NCBI GenBank assembly: GCA_963816145.1
Contig: CAWFJP010000004.1
Location: forward strand, 352,001 to 416,000
DNA: 64,000 nucleotides
Source of the DNA: an uncultured delta proteobacterium
GTDB lineage: Bacteria > Desulfobacterota > Binatia > UBA9968
Direction of reading: 5' to 3'
Shown here: positions 1-10,104 of the stretch, piece after piece
Numbering within the stretch: the stretch's first letter is position 1
Layout: each line of letters starts with the position of its first letter
The notes under the pieces: generated by a model
What the model was told of the DNA's origin: nothing
Databases searched by the model: none
The model's input: only the letters and a program-made list of their open reading frames with translations
Program-made: the position numbers and the translations under genes

Positions 1-25
1 CTATGATCTGAAAAGCAAACCTTTG

Positions 26-961
26 ATGAAATGGATCAAAAAGGGCCTTATTTTTGCCCCCGACAATAATTTCGATTGGATGGCTTCTCATGCTTCAATC
101 CCGATTGCGGACAGAATTGACGACAACCGACTGAGAATATATTTCGGCACGCGGGATAATCAGGGACGTTCGCTGCCGGCATATCTTGAGGTCGACGCCG
201 ATAATCCACAAAACATCTTATACCTTCATCCTGAACCGATCCTGCCATTGGGCCGGTTGGGGACTTTCGACGACGATGGCGTTATGCCCTCATGGATCGT
301 CAATCACAATAAAAGGAAATATCTCTACTACACCGGTTGGAACCGCCAGGTGACCGTTTCTTATCGCCTGTCAATCGGGCTAGCAATCAGCGAAGACAAC
401 GGCCAAAGCTACCACAAATATTCCGAGGGACCGATTTGTGACCGAGCATTAGACGAGCCATTTTTTAACACAGCGCCATGCGTGGTGGCGGAAGCGAACA
501 TCTGGCGGATGTGGTATACGTCATGCACCAGATGGGAAATCATCAACGGGTGGCCTGAACCATTCTACCACGTGAAGTGTGCCGAGTCGGCGGACGGCAT
601 TCATTGGGTAAAGGCAGGACGGGTCTGCATAGATTATGACGCCTTTACCGACGGTATTGGCCGCCCATGTGTTTATTTAGAAAACGGCTTGTATAAGATG
701 TTTTATTCTTACCGCAGCGCAATCGGGTATCGCACTGATCCGCAGCGCAGTTATCGGCTCGGATATGCTGAATCAACCGATGGGCTCGATTGGACGAGAA
801 AAGACAGCGAAGTGGGAATCACGAGGTCAGACAAGGGCTGGGACTCGGAAATGATGGAGTATTGCTTCCTATACGAGCATCACGAGCAAAAATATCTCTT
901 TTACAATGGCAATGGATTTGGTAAGGCGGGCTTTGGATATGCCATTTTAGTAGACACTTAA
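26..961 (+). CDS. Five-bladed beta-propeller glycoside hydrolase-like protein (GH32/43/130-like) of glycan clusters
   Basis: Repeated blade motifs (GTFDDDGV, YLYYTGW, AISEDNG, AESADGIHW, AESTDGLDW, YNGNGFGK). ATG at 26. Confidence 0.7.
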   Translation: MKWIKKGLIFAPDNNFDWMASHASIPIADRIDDNRLRIYFGTRDNQGRSLPAYLEVDADNPQNILYLHPEPILPLGRLGTFDDDGVMPSWIVNHNKRKYLYYTGWNRQVTVSYRLSIGLAISEDNGQSYHKYSEGPICDRALDEPFFNTAPCVVAEANIWRMWYTSCTRWEIINGWPEPFYHVKCAESADGIHWVKAGRVCIDYDAFTDGIGRPCVYLENGLYKMFYSYRSAIGYRTDPQRSYRLGYAESTDGLDWTRKDSEVGITRSDKGWDSEMMEYCFLYEHHEQKYLFYNGNGFGKAGFGYAILVDT

Positions 962-972
962 CCCAAACATCC

Positions 973-2178
973 ATGAAGTCATCCTTGGAACAGTTGGCTA
1001 TTTTTGGAGGGGTGCCGGCCTTTCACGAGAAGCTCCACGTAGGTCGTCCCAACATCGGGAATCGCGAGCGGCTGCTGAAAAGGATTAACCAACTTTTAGA
1101 TAGCAAATGGCTAACCAATGGCGGACCTTTTGAGCAGGAGTTCGAGGAGCGGGTGGCTGCCTTACTGGGTGTCAGGCATTGTATCTCGATCTGTAGCGGC
1201 ACGGTTGCATTGGAGATTGCTTTTCGAGCGAGTGGCTTGCAGGGGGAAGTCATCGTCCCATCTTTCACTTTCATTGCGACGGCCCACGCTCTGCAATGGC
1301 AAAAAATCACCCCTGTCTTCTGTGATATTGACCCTCATACCCACACACTCGACCCAGCCAAAGTGGAACAACTGATCACCACACGCACGAGCGGTATTGT
1401 TGGCGTGCATCTATGGGGACAGAGTTGTGACGTGAAGGCGTTGACGAATATCGCTAGCCGTCACGGGCTCAAATTGTTATTTGACGCGGCCCATGCATTT
1501 GGATGTTCATATGAGGGACGTCCAATCGGTAATTTCGGCGATGCCGAGGTATTTAGCTTCCATGCCACCAAATTTTTTAACACCTTCGAAGGCGGTGCCA
1601 TTGTGACGAATGATGATGCGCTGGCAGCCGCCGTCCGACTGATGAGAAATTTTGGCTTTATAGGATACGACGACGTGAGCTCCGTGGGCACAAACGGCAA
1701 GATGAGCGAAATATCGGCGGCGATGGGATTGACCGGACTGGAGAGTTTGGAAGACTTTATCGCGGTCAATTATCGTAACTATAAATGTTACCAGGAAGAA
1801 CTAGCCGACCTGCCGGGGATCCGCCTTTTCCCACACAACGAATCGCAACCAGGAAATTATCAGTACATTATCTTGGAAGTCGACCCGGCGGCGGCACATC
1901 TCAGCCGCGACCGATTAATGCAAGTGCTGTGGGCGGAGAATATTTTGGCCCGGCGTTATTTTTATCCTGGCTGCCACCGAATGGAACCTTACCGCTCCTA
2001 CTATTCTAATGCCGCGCAATCGCTACCCGAAACGGAGAAGATTGCTGACCGCGTTCTTTGTTTGCCGACGGGCATGAGCGTTACTCCGACAGATATCGCC
2101 GTGATCTGCCGGATTATTCGCACAGCTCTCCAAGGTGTCGACGCCGTGAACCGACGATTAGAAACTGGGGCGGCGTGA
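973..2178 (+). CDS. DegT/DnrJ/EryC1/StrS PLP-dependent sugar aminotransferase (VioA-like)
   Basis: VPSFTFIAT, DAAHAFG, SFHATK (PLP lysine), GTNGKMSE, RRYFYP motifs. Confidence 0.9.
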   Translation: MKSSLEQLAIFGGVPAFHEKLHVGRPNIGNRERLLKRINQLLDSKWLTNGGPFEQEFEERVAALLGVRHCISICSGTVALEIAFRASGLQGEVIVPSFTFIATAHALQWQKITPVFCDIDPHTHTLDPAKVEQLITTRTSGIVGVHLWGQSCDVKALTNIASRHGLKLLFDAAHAFGCSYEGRPIGNFGDAEVFSFHATKFFNTFEGGAIVTNDDALAAAVRLMRNFGFIGYDDVSSVGTNGKMSEISAAMGLTGLESLEDFIAVNYRNYKCYQEELADLPGIRLFPHNESQPGNYQYIILEVDPAAAHLSRDRLMQVLWAENILARRYFYPGCHRMEPYRSYYSNAAQSLPETEKIADRVLCLPTGMSVTPTDIAVICRIIRTALQGVDAVNRRLETGAA

Positions 2179-3833
2179 ATTTGAAAGAAAAAATCAACAT
2201 GAGTTCGGACAGGCCCCTGGTTTCAATCGTCGTTTGCTCCTACAACTATGCTTACTATATTGGGCAAACCATTGCGTCAGTCTTGGCCCAAACTTACGAC
2301 AACTGGGAACTGATAATCAGCGATGACGGCTCAACCGATACCTCTATAGAGGTAATTCGCTCTTTCTCAGATCCGCGAATTACCGTCATCGCTTCCGAAT
2401 CGAATAGAGGAGGAGCTGTTGCGTATGCTGAGGCTTACAAATTGTGCCGCGGCAAGTACTTTACTAGCTTGGACTCCGACGATTACATCGTGCCAAGCAA
2501 ACTCGAAAAGCAAGTCCAATACTTCGAGGATCACCCTGACATCGATATTCTAAGCACGTTCGTGACTGAAGTGGACGCAAGCGGACAAATCATTGGGGAT
2601 CAAGGGGTGCACCAGATATGGTTTAACCAGAAGATGGATTTGAACCAGCCCGATAGTTGGCTCTGGCAAAACCACTTGTGTCACTCATCCGCGTTGATTC
2701 GTAAAGCGTTCCATGACCAGATTGGTTTAACCAACCCTAATTTGCCTTATACGGCTGATTATGAATTTTGGGTGAGATGCCTAATCGGTGGTGGTCGCTT
2801 TCACGTCTTGCCGGAAAAATTGACTTATTATCGCGCTCACCGCGATATGGTGACCCACCAAAACCCTGACCGAGCTTTGTTAGAAAGCGCTTATGTCTTC
2901 TGCGCGCACTTGAAGCCATATCTGTTCAAGATTAATCGACATGATTTGGCTTACAAAGGATTTGCAGACCTGTTAAATCATCATGAACCTTATCAAAAGG
3001 CGAGCAAGCAGCTCAAAGCCAAACTTTTAAAACAATTACTATGTACTGAAACGGGACCTAAAGATTTCGAATGTTTCTTGGAAAATGCTCAAAGTCCGGC
3101 TAGTACCGAGTTCCTTACTCTCACGGAAGTTCTTGACAAAGCATTAATAGCTATACAAGAGTCAACCAAGCTCAATGAACAGCAGCAAGGCTGGATGACT
3201 GAGCTCGAAAAGGGCAAAAGCTGGCTGGAAGAGGAGCGGCAGAAGTGGCGGGACGTTGCATCGGAACAGGGGGCCCACATTCAGCGACAGCAGGCGGCTA
3301 TAGAACAGCAACAGGCGACGATTCAACAGCAGCAAGGCTGGATGACTGAGCTCGAAAAGGGCAAAAGCTGGCTGGAAGGGGAGTGGCAGAAGTGGCGTGA
3401 CGTTGCATCGGAGCAGGGAGCCCACATTCAGCGACAGCAGGCGGCTATAGAACAGCAGCAAGTCTGGATGACTGAGCTCGAAAAGGGCAAAAGCTGGCTG
3501 GAAGGGGAGTGGCAGAAGTGGCGGGACGTTGCATCGGAGCAGGGAGCCCACATTCAGCGACAGCAGGCTGCTATGGACCGACAACAAGCGACTATCCAAC
3601 AGCAGCAAGTCTGGATGACTGAGCTCGAAAAGGGCAAAAGCTGGCTGGAAGGGGAGTGGCAGAAGTGGCGTGACGTTGCATCGGAACAGGGGGCCCACAT
3701 CCAGCGACAGCAGGCGGCTATAGAACAGCAACAGGCGACGATTCAGGGGCTAGAAGAATATTTGATCAGACTCAGGCAAAAACCGCTTATTCGCTTTGGC
3801 CAATACTTCGGGCTACTAGGTCCAGATAGGTAA
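2175..3833 (+). CDS. GT2 glycosyltransferase with C-terminal tandem coiled-coil repeats
   Basis: VSIVVCSYN, DDGSTD, LDSDD (DxD) and DYEFW motifs. GTG at 2175 overlaps the upstream TGA; alternative ATG at 2199. Confidence 0.9.
   Translation: MNLKEKINMSSDRPLVSIVVCSYNYAYYIGQTIASVLAQTYDNWELIISDDGSTDTSIEVIRSFSDPRITVIASESNRGGAVAYAEAYKLCRGKYFTSLDSDDYIVPSKLEKQVQYFEDHPDIDILSTFVTEVDASGQIIGDQGVHQIWFNQKMDLNQPDSWLWQNHLCHSSALIRKAFHDQIGLTNPNLPYTADYEFWVRCLIGGGRFHVLPEKLTYYRAHRDMVTHQNPDRALLESAYVFCAHLKPYLFKINRHDLAYKGFADLLNHHEPYQKASKQLKAKLLKQLLCTETGPKDFECFLENAQSPASTEFLTLTEVLDKALIAIQESTKLNEQQQGWMTELEKGKSWLEEERQKWRDVASEQGAHIQRQQAAIEQQQATIQQQQGWMTELEKGKSWLEGEWQKWRDVASEQGAHIQRQQAAIEQQQVWMTELEKGKSWLEGEWQKWRDVASEQGAHIQRQQAAMDRQQATIQQQQVWMTELEKGKSWLEGEWQKWRDVASEQGAHIQRQQAAIEQQQATIQGLEEYLIRLRQKPLIRFGQYFGLLGPDR
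3178..3744 (+). repeat. Intragenic tandem repeat, 4 units of 147/126/147/147 bp (49/42/49/49 aa)
   Basis: CTGGATGACTGAGCTCGAAAAGGGCAAAAGCTGGCTGGAA recurs at 3191, 3338, 3464 and 3611. Confidence 0.95.
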
Positions 3834-3895
3834 AAATAAGTACCGAGCTCACTCACTCGCTATAATCCAAATCGTCGATCATTGAGGGGAAACTG

Positions 3896-4585
3896 ATGTC
3901 CACATTCACCGATCTACGTGACGAATACGTCGCTCGCGTGGTTAAAGGTAAAACTTTTGCCGACGTGGGAGGGCTCTGGGGTACCATCGGTGAGAGGGTG
4001 TCTATTGCTCACCATCACGGAGCCGCTTCATTAACGATGGTTGATATTCAAGCCGAAGGAAATGAGTATTGGCAAATGTTCGAGGCTCGTATGCAAGAGT
4101 TGGGGGTTCCAAAGTACGAGTGTATCAGTACTGACATTTGCAATCCTAATTTAGAAAAGCTGTTGGAACCATTTGATGTCGTACACTGTTCAGGTGTCCT
4201 CTACCATCATCCCAATCCTATGATGATGTTGGTGGCTTTACGGAATATCACTAAAGAATATCTGATTCTAACCTCGGTTATTACGCAACAGGTTATTCAA
4301 AACGAAAAGGGCAAATACACCATCCCACCTTCCGGTGTGATATTTTTCCCAGCTTTGAATGATGCTGAACGGTCTATTCTAAAAGTCTACTGGGACAAAA
4401 TTGGCGCCGCCCATGCCCATGATATCACCAAAATATACCCCTACACCGTCGATGATTTTGCCCCGTGGTGGTGGCTACCTACAGCCCCAGCCTTGCTAGC
4501 CATGTGTGTGGCGGCTGGCTTTAAAATTTTGGATCACGGCTTGGTGTGGAATGATGATGCGCTAGCCATTCTTTTAAAAGTATAA
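3896..4585 (+). CDS. Class I SAM-dependent methyltransferase
   Basis: FADVGGLWG motif I and FDVVHCSGVLYHHPNP. GAGGGG RBS upstream. Confidence 0.8.
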   Translation: MSTFTDLRDEYVARVVKGKTFADVGGLWGTIGERVSIAHHHGAASLTMVDIQAEGNEYWQMFEARMQELGVPKYECISTDICNPNLEKLLEPFDVVHCSGVLYHHPNPMMMLVALRNITKEYLILTSVITQQVIQNEKGKYTIPPSGVIFFPALNDAERSILKVYWDKIGAAHAHDITKIYPYTVDDFAPWWWLPTAPALLAMCVAAGFKILDHGLVWNDDALAILLKV

Positions 4586-4840
4586 CCGTTGATTTCACCC
4601 TAAAAGTAACCTAAGAGCGGGAATGAGTTCGCCGAATCAATACGACATCAAATCTCCAATCAGCTTGGCTTCCTTGGTTATGCAGAATCTTCACTCGTTC
4701 AAGCATTCCGAGTGTCGTTCTAGAGACCAGCTTGGTTGGCGTAACACCGCCCCTTGTTATGGTGTTTGAAAGGCTGTTGCGGGCCTTGGCAGAGAGTCAT
4801 GAGCCCGCTTAATGAGCCGTAACTACGGAATATCGAGTGA

Positions 4841-6448
4841 GTGAACGAAAAAATGCCACCGATAGATAATAGTGGTGAGGAAAACCTAAGCGATTTGAAA
4901 CACAGGATCGCATTACTAGAGCACGCGCTGCGACAGGAGCTGGACGAAAAAAGCGCTCTAGAACGCGAGCTACTCGAGATCAAGAACAGCTTCGCATGGG
5001 TGTCAATTCTAAAATATCGAGTTGTACGCGATCGGCTTTTTCCCATTAGAACGAGACGCCGTGGCGCCTACGATCGTGTAAAAAGCACATGTAGGGGTCT
5101 GGTATCTCCCGAGACTCCAAGATCCGGTTTTTTTCATGCTCCAAAACCCGGCCTCGTCAGCGAGGCTTTTAACACTCCGATAGCTCCATCTGTCGATCTA
5201 GCTGCTAAAACTTTCACTGGAAAAAAACTAGAATATCGGCCGTCGGCGTCGTCTCTAAAAATTGCGTGCTTAACTTGGACGATCCCCTATCCTCCCGATA
5301 CTGGGGGTAAAAACCGCAGTTATAATCTTCTCCGCTACCTTGCTCAGCATCATGAGGTCCATCTTCACGTTCCTGTATGGGAAGCCTCGACCGTTGCTCC
5401 CGAGTTACTCGATATCATGGCTTCCATCACCATGCACCAGCTGAATCGCTCTTTCACTAAAAAAAGCTATCGGTCAAAAGTAATCAGAGGGGTTCCAGCA
5501 CCCGTAGCCGGTTTGCACACAACTCAGTCAGTCGCCGAATTTCAGCAAATGATTGCGGCAGAGCCAGTGGACTTGATCCTTGTTGATGAGGCTCATTTGG
5601 CCCCTTATGCTTGGCCGTTATCGCAGATGCCATGCATTTTGATGCGGCAAAAAGTAGATCATCTGTATTATCGCGATGTTTTCTTAAGGGCTCCGTTTGG
5701 GCAGGAAAAGGCGAAAGCTTTGAGAGAATGGTTCTCATTTAGACTTTACGAAAACAGATTGTGGAACCGGTTTACACGTGGTGTGGTTGTATCCGAAATA
5801 GAACGCCAGACGTATCTGAAATTGAATCCGAAATTAGATTTGGCCGTGATCCCCAATGGAGTGGATCTATCGCATTTCCGAGTTACACCACTACCGAGCA
5901 ACCAAGCCCCTACCATATTACTTAACGGGACAATGTCATATTACGCTAATGTAGACGCTGCCGTCTGGTTTGTCGAAAAAATTTTTCCATTGATTTTGCA
6001 TATTTTACCCCAAACCATGTTGTTAATTGTGGGGCAGAATCCAGTAGACGCAGTCCAGCGCCTCGCTCGAGACGGGCAAATTATTGTGACCGGGAGCGTC
6101 CCCGATATGCGCGACTATTTAAACCAGAGCAATGTAGTTGCAATCCCACTCCGGATTGGACATGGCACCCGACTGAAGGTTCTTGAGGCCATGGCGGCCG
6201 GGCGGCCCGTTGTGTCAACACCAATCGGGGCTGAAGGGCTAGATGCTCAAGCTGGCAAACACTTGCTTTTGGCTGACAATCCAACGCAATTCGCCGCGGG
6301 TGTAATTGAAATTTTAACCAAGCCCCAGCTAGCTGAACGCATGGCCGGTGACGCTCGACAGTTCGTTGAAAGTGCTTATGCGTGGCCAGTTATCGGCGAG
6401 AAATTAAGTCAATACTGCCAACTGGTCGCTAACAGCCCGGTCAAGTAA
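4841..6448 (+). CDS. GT4 glycosyltransferase with N-terminal coiled-coil extension
   Basis: PYPPDTGG, IPNGVD, GTRLKVLEAMAAGRPVVST. N-terminal heptads end in EIKNSFAW. Confidence 0.88.
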   Translation: MNEKMPPIDNSGEENLSDLKHRIALLEHALRQELDEKSALERELLEIKNSFAWVSILKYRVVRDRLFPIRTRRRGAYDRVKSTCRGLVSPETPRSGFFHAPKPGLVSEAFNTPIAPSVDLAAKTFTGKKLEYRPSASSLKIACLTWTIPYPPDTGGKNRSYNLLRYLAQHHEVHLHVPVWEASTVAPELLDIMASITMHQLNRSFTKKSYRSKVIRGVPAPVAGLHTTQSVAEFQQMIAAEPVDLILVDEAHLAPYAWPLSQMPCILMRQKVDHLYYRDVFLRAPFGQEKAKALREWFSFRLYENRLWNRFTRGVVVSEIERQTYLKLNPKLDLAVIPNGVDLSHFRVTPLPSNQAPTILLNGTMSYYANVDAAVWFVEKIFPLILHILPQTMLLIVGQNPVDAVQRLARDGQIIVTGSVPDMRDYLNQSNVVAIPLRIGHGTRLKVLEAMAAGRPVVSTPIGAEGLDAQAGKHLLLADNPTQFAAGVIEILTKPQLAERMAGDARQFVESAYAWPVIGEKLSQYCQLVANSPVK

Positions 6449-7680
6449 TGAAAATTGCATGGCTGATCAATCTCTATCCACCTTACATAATGGGTGGCAA
6501 TGAAATCCTCGCCCAAAATGTAATCTTAGAGCTGCGGGCCAGAGGGCACGAAGTCCATGTCCTGTCCGGCCGGGGGCAGAACTTGCCGCGGGATGTCTAC
6601 CATTTGAGCCCAATCAACTTTGATCTCGACCGTATGGGAGAACGTTTTCTAGGAACACGGACTCCGTCACTTTATGAGTCCATGCGGTGGCATATCTTCG
6701 ATTTCAATACTTACCGGGCGGCAATCCGGCTGCTAAATCACCTAAGGCCTGACTTAACGATTGTTGACAATTTTTCGCTTATTTCTGTGGCACCATTGAT
6801 TGCCGCCGCTCGGGCCAGATCTAAAGTAGTGGTGCAAGCAAACGACAAGTGGTTAATCTATGGTTTGAGGGCTGCTGGCCAAGGTCTTTGGCATACTCCA
6901 TCCAGGCAAACTTCGACCATTGCCACGTTTCAAGCTCTTATACAGCCTATTTTTAGAGCCGTGACCAGAAAGGTTCCTATTTTTGTCAACTCACACTTTC
7001 TAAAGAACGCTTATATCCAAAGCGGTTTCAAACCAGAGCAGTTACGCGTGATACACTTGGGGATTGATGTGGATACCTACCAACCTAACGCCAATCAAAG
7101 GACGCAGTTAGGCGCCCCTATACGGCTTATGTATGCCAGCCAATTATGGGCAGGCAAGGGCGCCCAGATCGCCATCCAGGCTTTGGCTGAATTAAGAAAG
7201 CTTGATCCAGAAAACACTTTTGTGATCGACGTGTATGGTGATGGAGCACCAGATTTTAAGAATTATCTAATCCAGTTAGCAACGGATTTAAGAGTCAATG
7301 ATTGTGTTAATTATTGTGGTTTTGTACCGCCCGCACAACTGGCCGAGGCTTTTCATAACCATGACATTTTTTTGTTTACTTCCATTTGGGATGAACCGTT
7401 TGCATTGACGCTGCTCTCAGCATTGTCCTGTGGTATTCCCGTCATTTCAACGTCCGCTGGGGGCAATCAAGAGGCAATTGAACATGAGCGGACGGGTTTG
7501 CTCGTACCCCCAGCCGACCCACTTGCCCTAGCTCAAGCAATCCTAAAGCTGGTGCGGGATTCCTCTCTCAGGTGCCGGGTTAGCGCTCAAGCCAGCGTCA
7601 CCGTGCGCGAAAGATGGTCCTTCCAGCGTTATGTTGATACGTTGGAGGCAGCCTATCGGACCTATGCGATGGATAACTGA
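6448..7680 (+). CDS. GT4 glycosyltransferase
   Basis: YPPYIMGGNE, SIWDEPFALTLLSALSCGIPVI, GLLVPPAD. Confidence 0.88.
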   Translation: MKIAWLINLYPPYIMGGNEILAQNVILELRARGHEVHVLSGRGQNLPRDVYHLSPINFDLDRMGERFLGTRTPSLYESMRWHIFDFNTYRAAIRLLNHLRPDLTIVDNFSLISVAPLIAAARARSKVVVQANDKWLIYGLRAAGQGLWHTPSRQTSTIATFQALIQPIFRAVTRKVPIFVNSHFLKNAYIQSGFKPEQLRVIHLGIDVDTYQPNANQRTQLGAPIRLMYASQLWAGKGAQIAIQALAELRKLDPENTFVIDVYGDGAPDFKNYLIQLATDLRVNDCVNYCGFVPPAQLAEAFHNHDIFLFTSIWDEPFALTLLSALSCGIPVISTSAGGNQEAIEHERTGLLVPPADPLALAQAILKLVRDSSLRCRVSAQASVTVRERWSFQRYVDTLEAAYRTYAMDN

Positions 7681-7692
7681 GGCACGTGTAAT

Positions 7693-8613
7693 ATGAGAGT
7701 ATTGGTAACCGGAGGCAATGGTTTTATCGGCTCGCATTTGGTGGATCAATTACTCAAACGCGACTGGAATGTGACGGTTCTTGATGTAAATGAACGACGG
7801 TACGGTTCCTTACCACCACATGTGCATTTTATTAAGGGCGATTTAAATCAAGACTATCTAGTTAGGGAAGCGGTAACCGGGGTCGACGTGGTATTTCATC
7901 TAACCTGGACCACCATTCATGAGATTGCGAATCGAGATCCGGCTGGAGATGTGACGGCAAATCTCATTCCGACAATCCACCTGCTAGAAGCTTGTCGAAA
8001 CGCGGGAGTTCGCCGAATTGTTTTTACTTCCTCGGGGGGGACGGTCTATGGGCCGGCCCAGGCATGGCCGATCTCCGAGACGCATCCGCAAAACCCTGTC
8101 AACAGCTATGGGGTCACGAAACTGGCGGTCGAGAAATACTTTTATATGTTCAGACATCTATACGGGATGGACTATGCCATTTTTCGTCCGTCCGTTCCGT
8201 ATGGGCCTCGGCAGAACCCGCTGGCCCGGCAAGGAGCTATCGCGGTATTTCTCTATCGGGTGGCGCGTGATCTGCCGGTAACCATCTGGGGCGATGGCAG
8301 TGTTACACGTGATTATTTTTATGTCTCCGATTTAGCCGAGGCCCTCATCGCCGGAGCTGAACGTGAACTGCGCGAGCAACGCATCTTCAATATCGGCGGT
8401 GAACAAGAGGTGTCGCTAGTCCAACTGCTAAGAATGATAGAAGAAGTTATCGGCAAGCGAGCACGCGTTGAGTATGCTCCGGCCCGTGGTTTTGACGCGC
8501 CGCGAATCGTACTGGACACCCATCTGGCACGACAGGAATTGGGATGGAAACCTACTGTGTCCCTAACCGACGGGCTCGTTCAAACGTGGGCATGGATGTC
8601 GGACACAGTTTAG
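7693..8613 (+). CDS. NAD-dependent epimerase/dehydratase (UDP-glucose 4-epimerase-like)
   Basis: GGNGFIG Rossmann motif, SSGGTVYG, YGVTK (YxxxK). Confidence 0.9.
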   Translation: MRVLVTGGNGFIGSHLVDQLLKRDWNVTVLDVNERRYGSLPPHVHFIKGDLNQDYLVREAVTGVDVVFHLTWTTIHEIANRDPAGDVTANLIPTIHLLEACRNAGVRRIVFTSSGGTVYGPAQAWPISETHPQNPVNSYGVTKLAVEKYFYMFRHLYGMDYAIFRPSVPYGPRQNPLARQGAIAVFLYRVARDLPVTIWGDGSVTRDYFYVSDLAEALIAGAERELREQRIFNIGGEQEVSLVQLLRMIEEVIGKRARVEYAPARGFDAPRIVLDTHLARQELGWKPTVSLTDGLVQTWAWMSDTV

Positions 8614-8638
8614 AGTTACGGAATAATCTGCGTCCATC

Positions 8639-10096
8639 GTGACAACACTTACTTTCAAGCCTTCTATCGATACGCCGCAAATCAAATATCAACAGGCTCG
8701 CAAGCTCCACTGGAACGCAGTCGCTCGCGAGCTGGGAACCTGGAAGGGTTGGGGAGAATATTATCACCAACGATTGGCTGAAGTTTATCGATCGGTAGTT
8801 TCGCCGGGGCAGTCGATCCTTGAAATTGGTTGCGCTCGCGGAGATCTGCTAGCTGCGCTCAAACCGGCTTTAGGTGTTGGAGTGGATTTTTCAGAAGAGA
8901 TGATTGGTGCGGCTAGACGCCGCCACCCAGATCTCCGCTTTATCCACGCGGACGCACATGCACTGGACCTTAGCGAAAAGTTTGATGTGATCATTCTCTC
9001 TGATCTGGTTAACGATCTGTGGGATGTTCAGACCGTCTTGCAACAAATTTGTAAATTCACGACTCCCCGGACCCGGATCATCATAAATTCATACAGCCGT
9101 CTGTGGGAGCCGCTCCTGAGGGCCGCACAATGGTTGAATTTGGCTAAGCCGACACTGTACCAAAATTGGTTGACTGTAGAGGATATTGCTGGACTGCTCG
9201 GTCTTACCGACTGTGAGATAATCAAGAAGTGGCAAGAAATCTTCTGGCCGCTCCGAACCTGGATTTTGGCTGATCTATTTAACCGTTTTGTGGTCAAGAT
9301 CTGGCCTTTCAAACACTTCGCCTTGACCAATTTCATCATTGCCCGGCCTCGCCCTGAACTCGGTTTGCGCGCTACGCTACCCTCTGTCTCAGTGATCATT
9401 CCAGCCCGAAACGAGGCTGGTAATATCGCGGAGATATTCAAACATGTCCCAAACATGGGCCGATCGACAGAATTGGTTTTTGTTGAAGGACATTCGAGAG
9501 ACAACACCTACGATACAATTAAAGCGGCAATTGCGGCCCACCCAGAGCGATGTTGCCAACTGCTACAACAGACCGGTATAGGCAAAGGTGATGCTGTTCG
9601 CTTGGGTTTCGCACGGGCGAAGGGCGAGATCCTGATGATTCTGGATGCCGACCTGACGGTATCACCCGAGGATTTACCGCGCTTCTACGACGCGCTTCTT
9701 TCCGGCAGGGGTGAATTCATCAATGGTGTTCGGCTGGTTTACCCTATGGAGAAGCAGGCGATGCGTTTTCTGAATTTATTGGGCAATAAATTTTTTAGCC
9801 AGGCATTTTCCTGGCTGTTGGGGCAACAGATCAAGGATACCTTGTGCGGCACCAAGGTTTTATGGAAACGCGACTACGAGGCCATCGCCGTCAATCGCGA
9901 TTACTTTGGCGACTTCGACCCCTTCGGTGATTTTGACCTGATTTTCGGTGCGGTGAAATTAAACTTGAAGATTACCGACTTACCAATCCGTTATAGCGAA
10001 CGCACCTACGGCACAACCAACATTCAACGTTGGAAGCATGGGTGGCTGCTGCTGAAGATGGTCGTATTTGCTGCTGAGCGACTCAAATTTGTGTAA
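8639..10096 (+). CDS. Bifunctional SAM methyltransferase-like domain plus GT2 (polyprenol-phosphate glycosyltransferase-like)
   Basis: N-terminal LEIGCARGD. C-terminal SVIIPARNE, GKGDAVR, ILDADL, DTLCGTK, GDFDPFGDFD. Confidence 0.85.
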   Translation: MTTLTFKPSIDTPQIKYQQARKLHWNAVARELGTWKGWGEYYHQRLAEVYRSVVSPGQSILEIGCARGDLLAALKPALGVGVDFSEEMIGAARRRHPDLRFIHADAHALDLSEKFDVIILSDLVNDLWDVQTVLQQICKFTTPRTRIIINSYSRLWEPLLRAAQWLNLAKPTLYQNWLTVEDIAGLLGLTDCEIIKKWQEIFWPLRTWILADLFNRFVVKIWPFKHFALTNFIIARPRPELGLRATLPSVSVIIPARNEAGNIAEIFKHVPNMGRSTELVFVEGHSRDNTYDTIKAAIAAHPERCCQLLQQTGIGKGDAVRLGFARAKGEILMILDADLTVSPEDLPRFYDALLSGRGEFINGVRLVYPMEKQAMRFLNLLGNKFFSQAFSWLLGQQIKDTLCGTKVLWKRDYEAIAVNRDYFGDFDPFGDFDLIFGAVKLNLKITDLPIRYSERTYGTTNIQRWKHGWLLLKMVVFAAERLKFV

Positions 10097-10104
10097 GTAT
10101 ACTA

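Noticed and set aside
3162-3731. Leu-rich repetitive minus-strand ORF
   Set aside because: Reverse reading of the Gln-rich coiled-coil repeat.
3178-3744. CRISPR array
   Set aside because: The units are 126-147 bp, in frame within a CDS, with no unique spacers and no cas genes.
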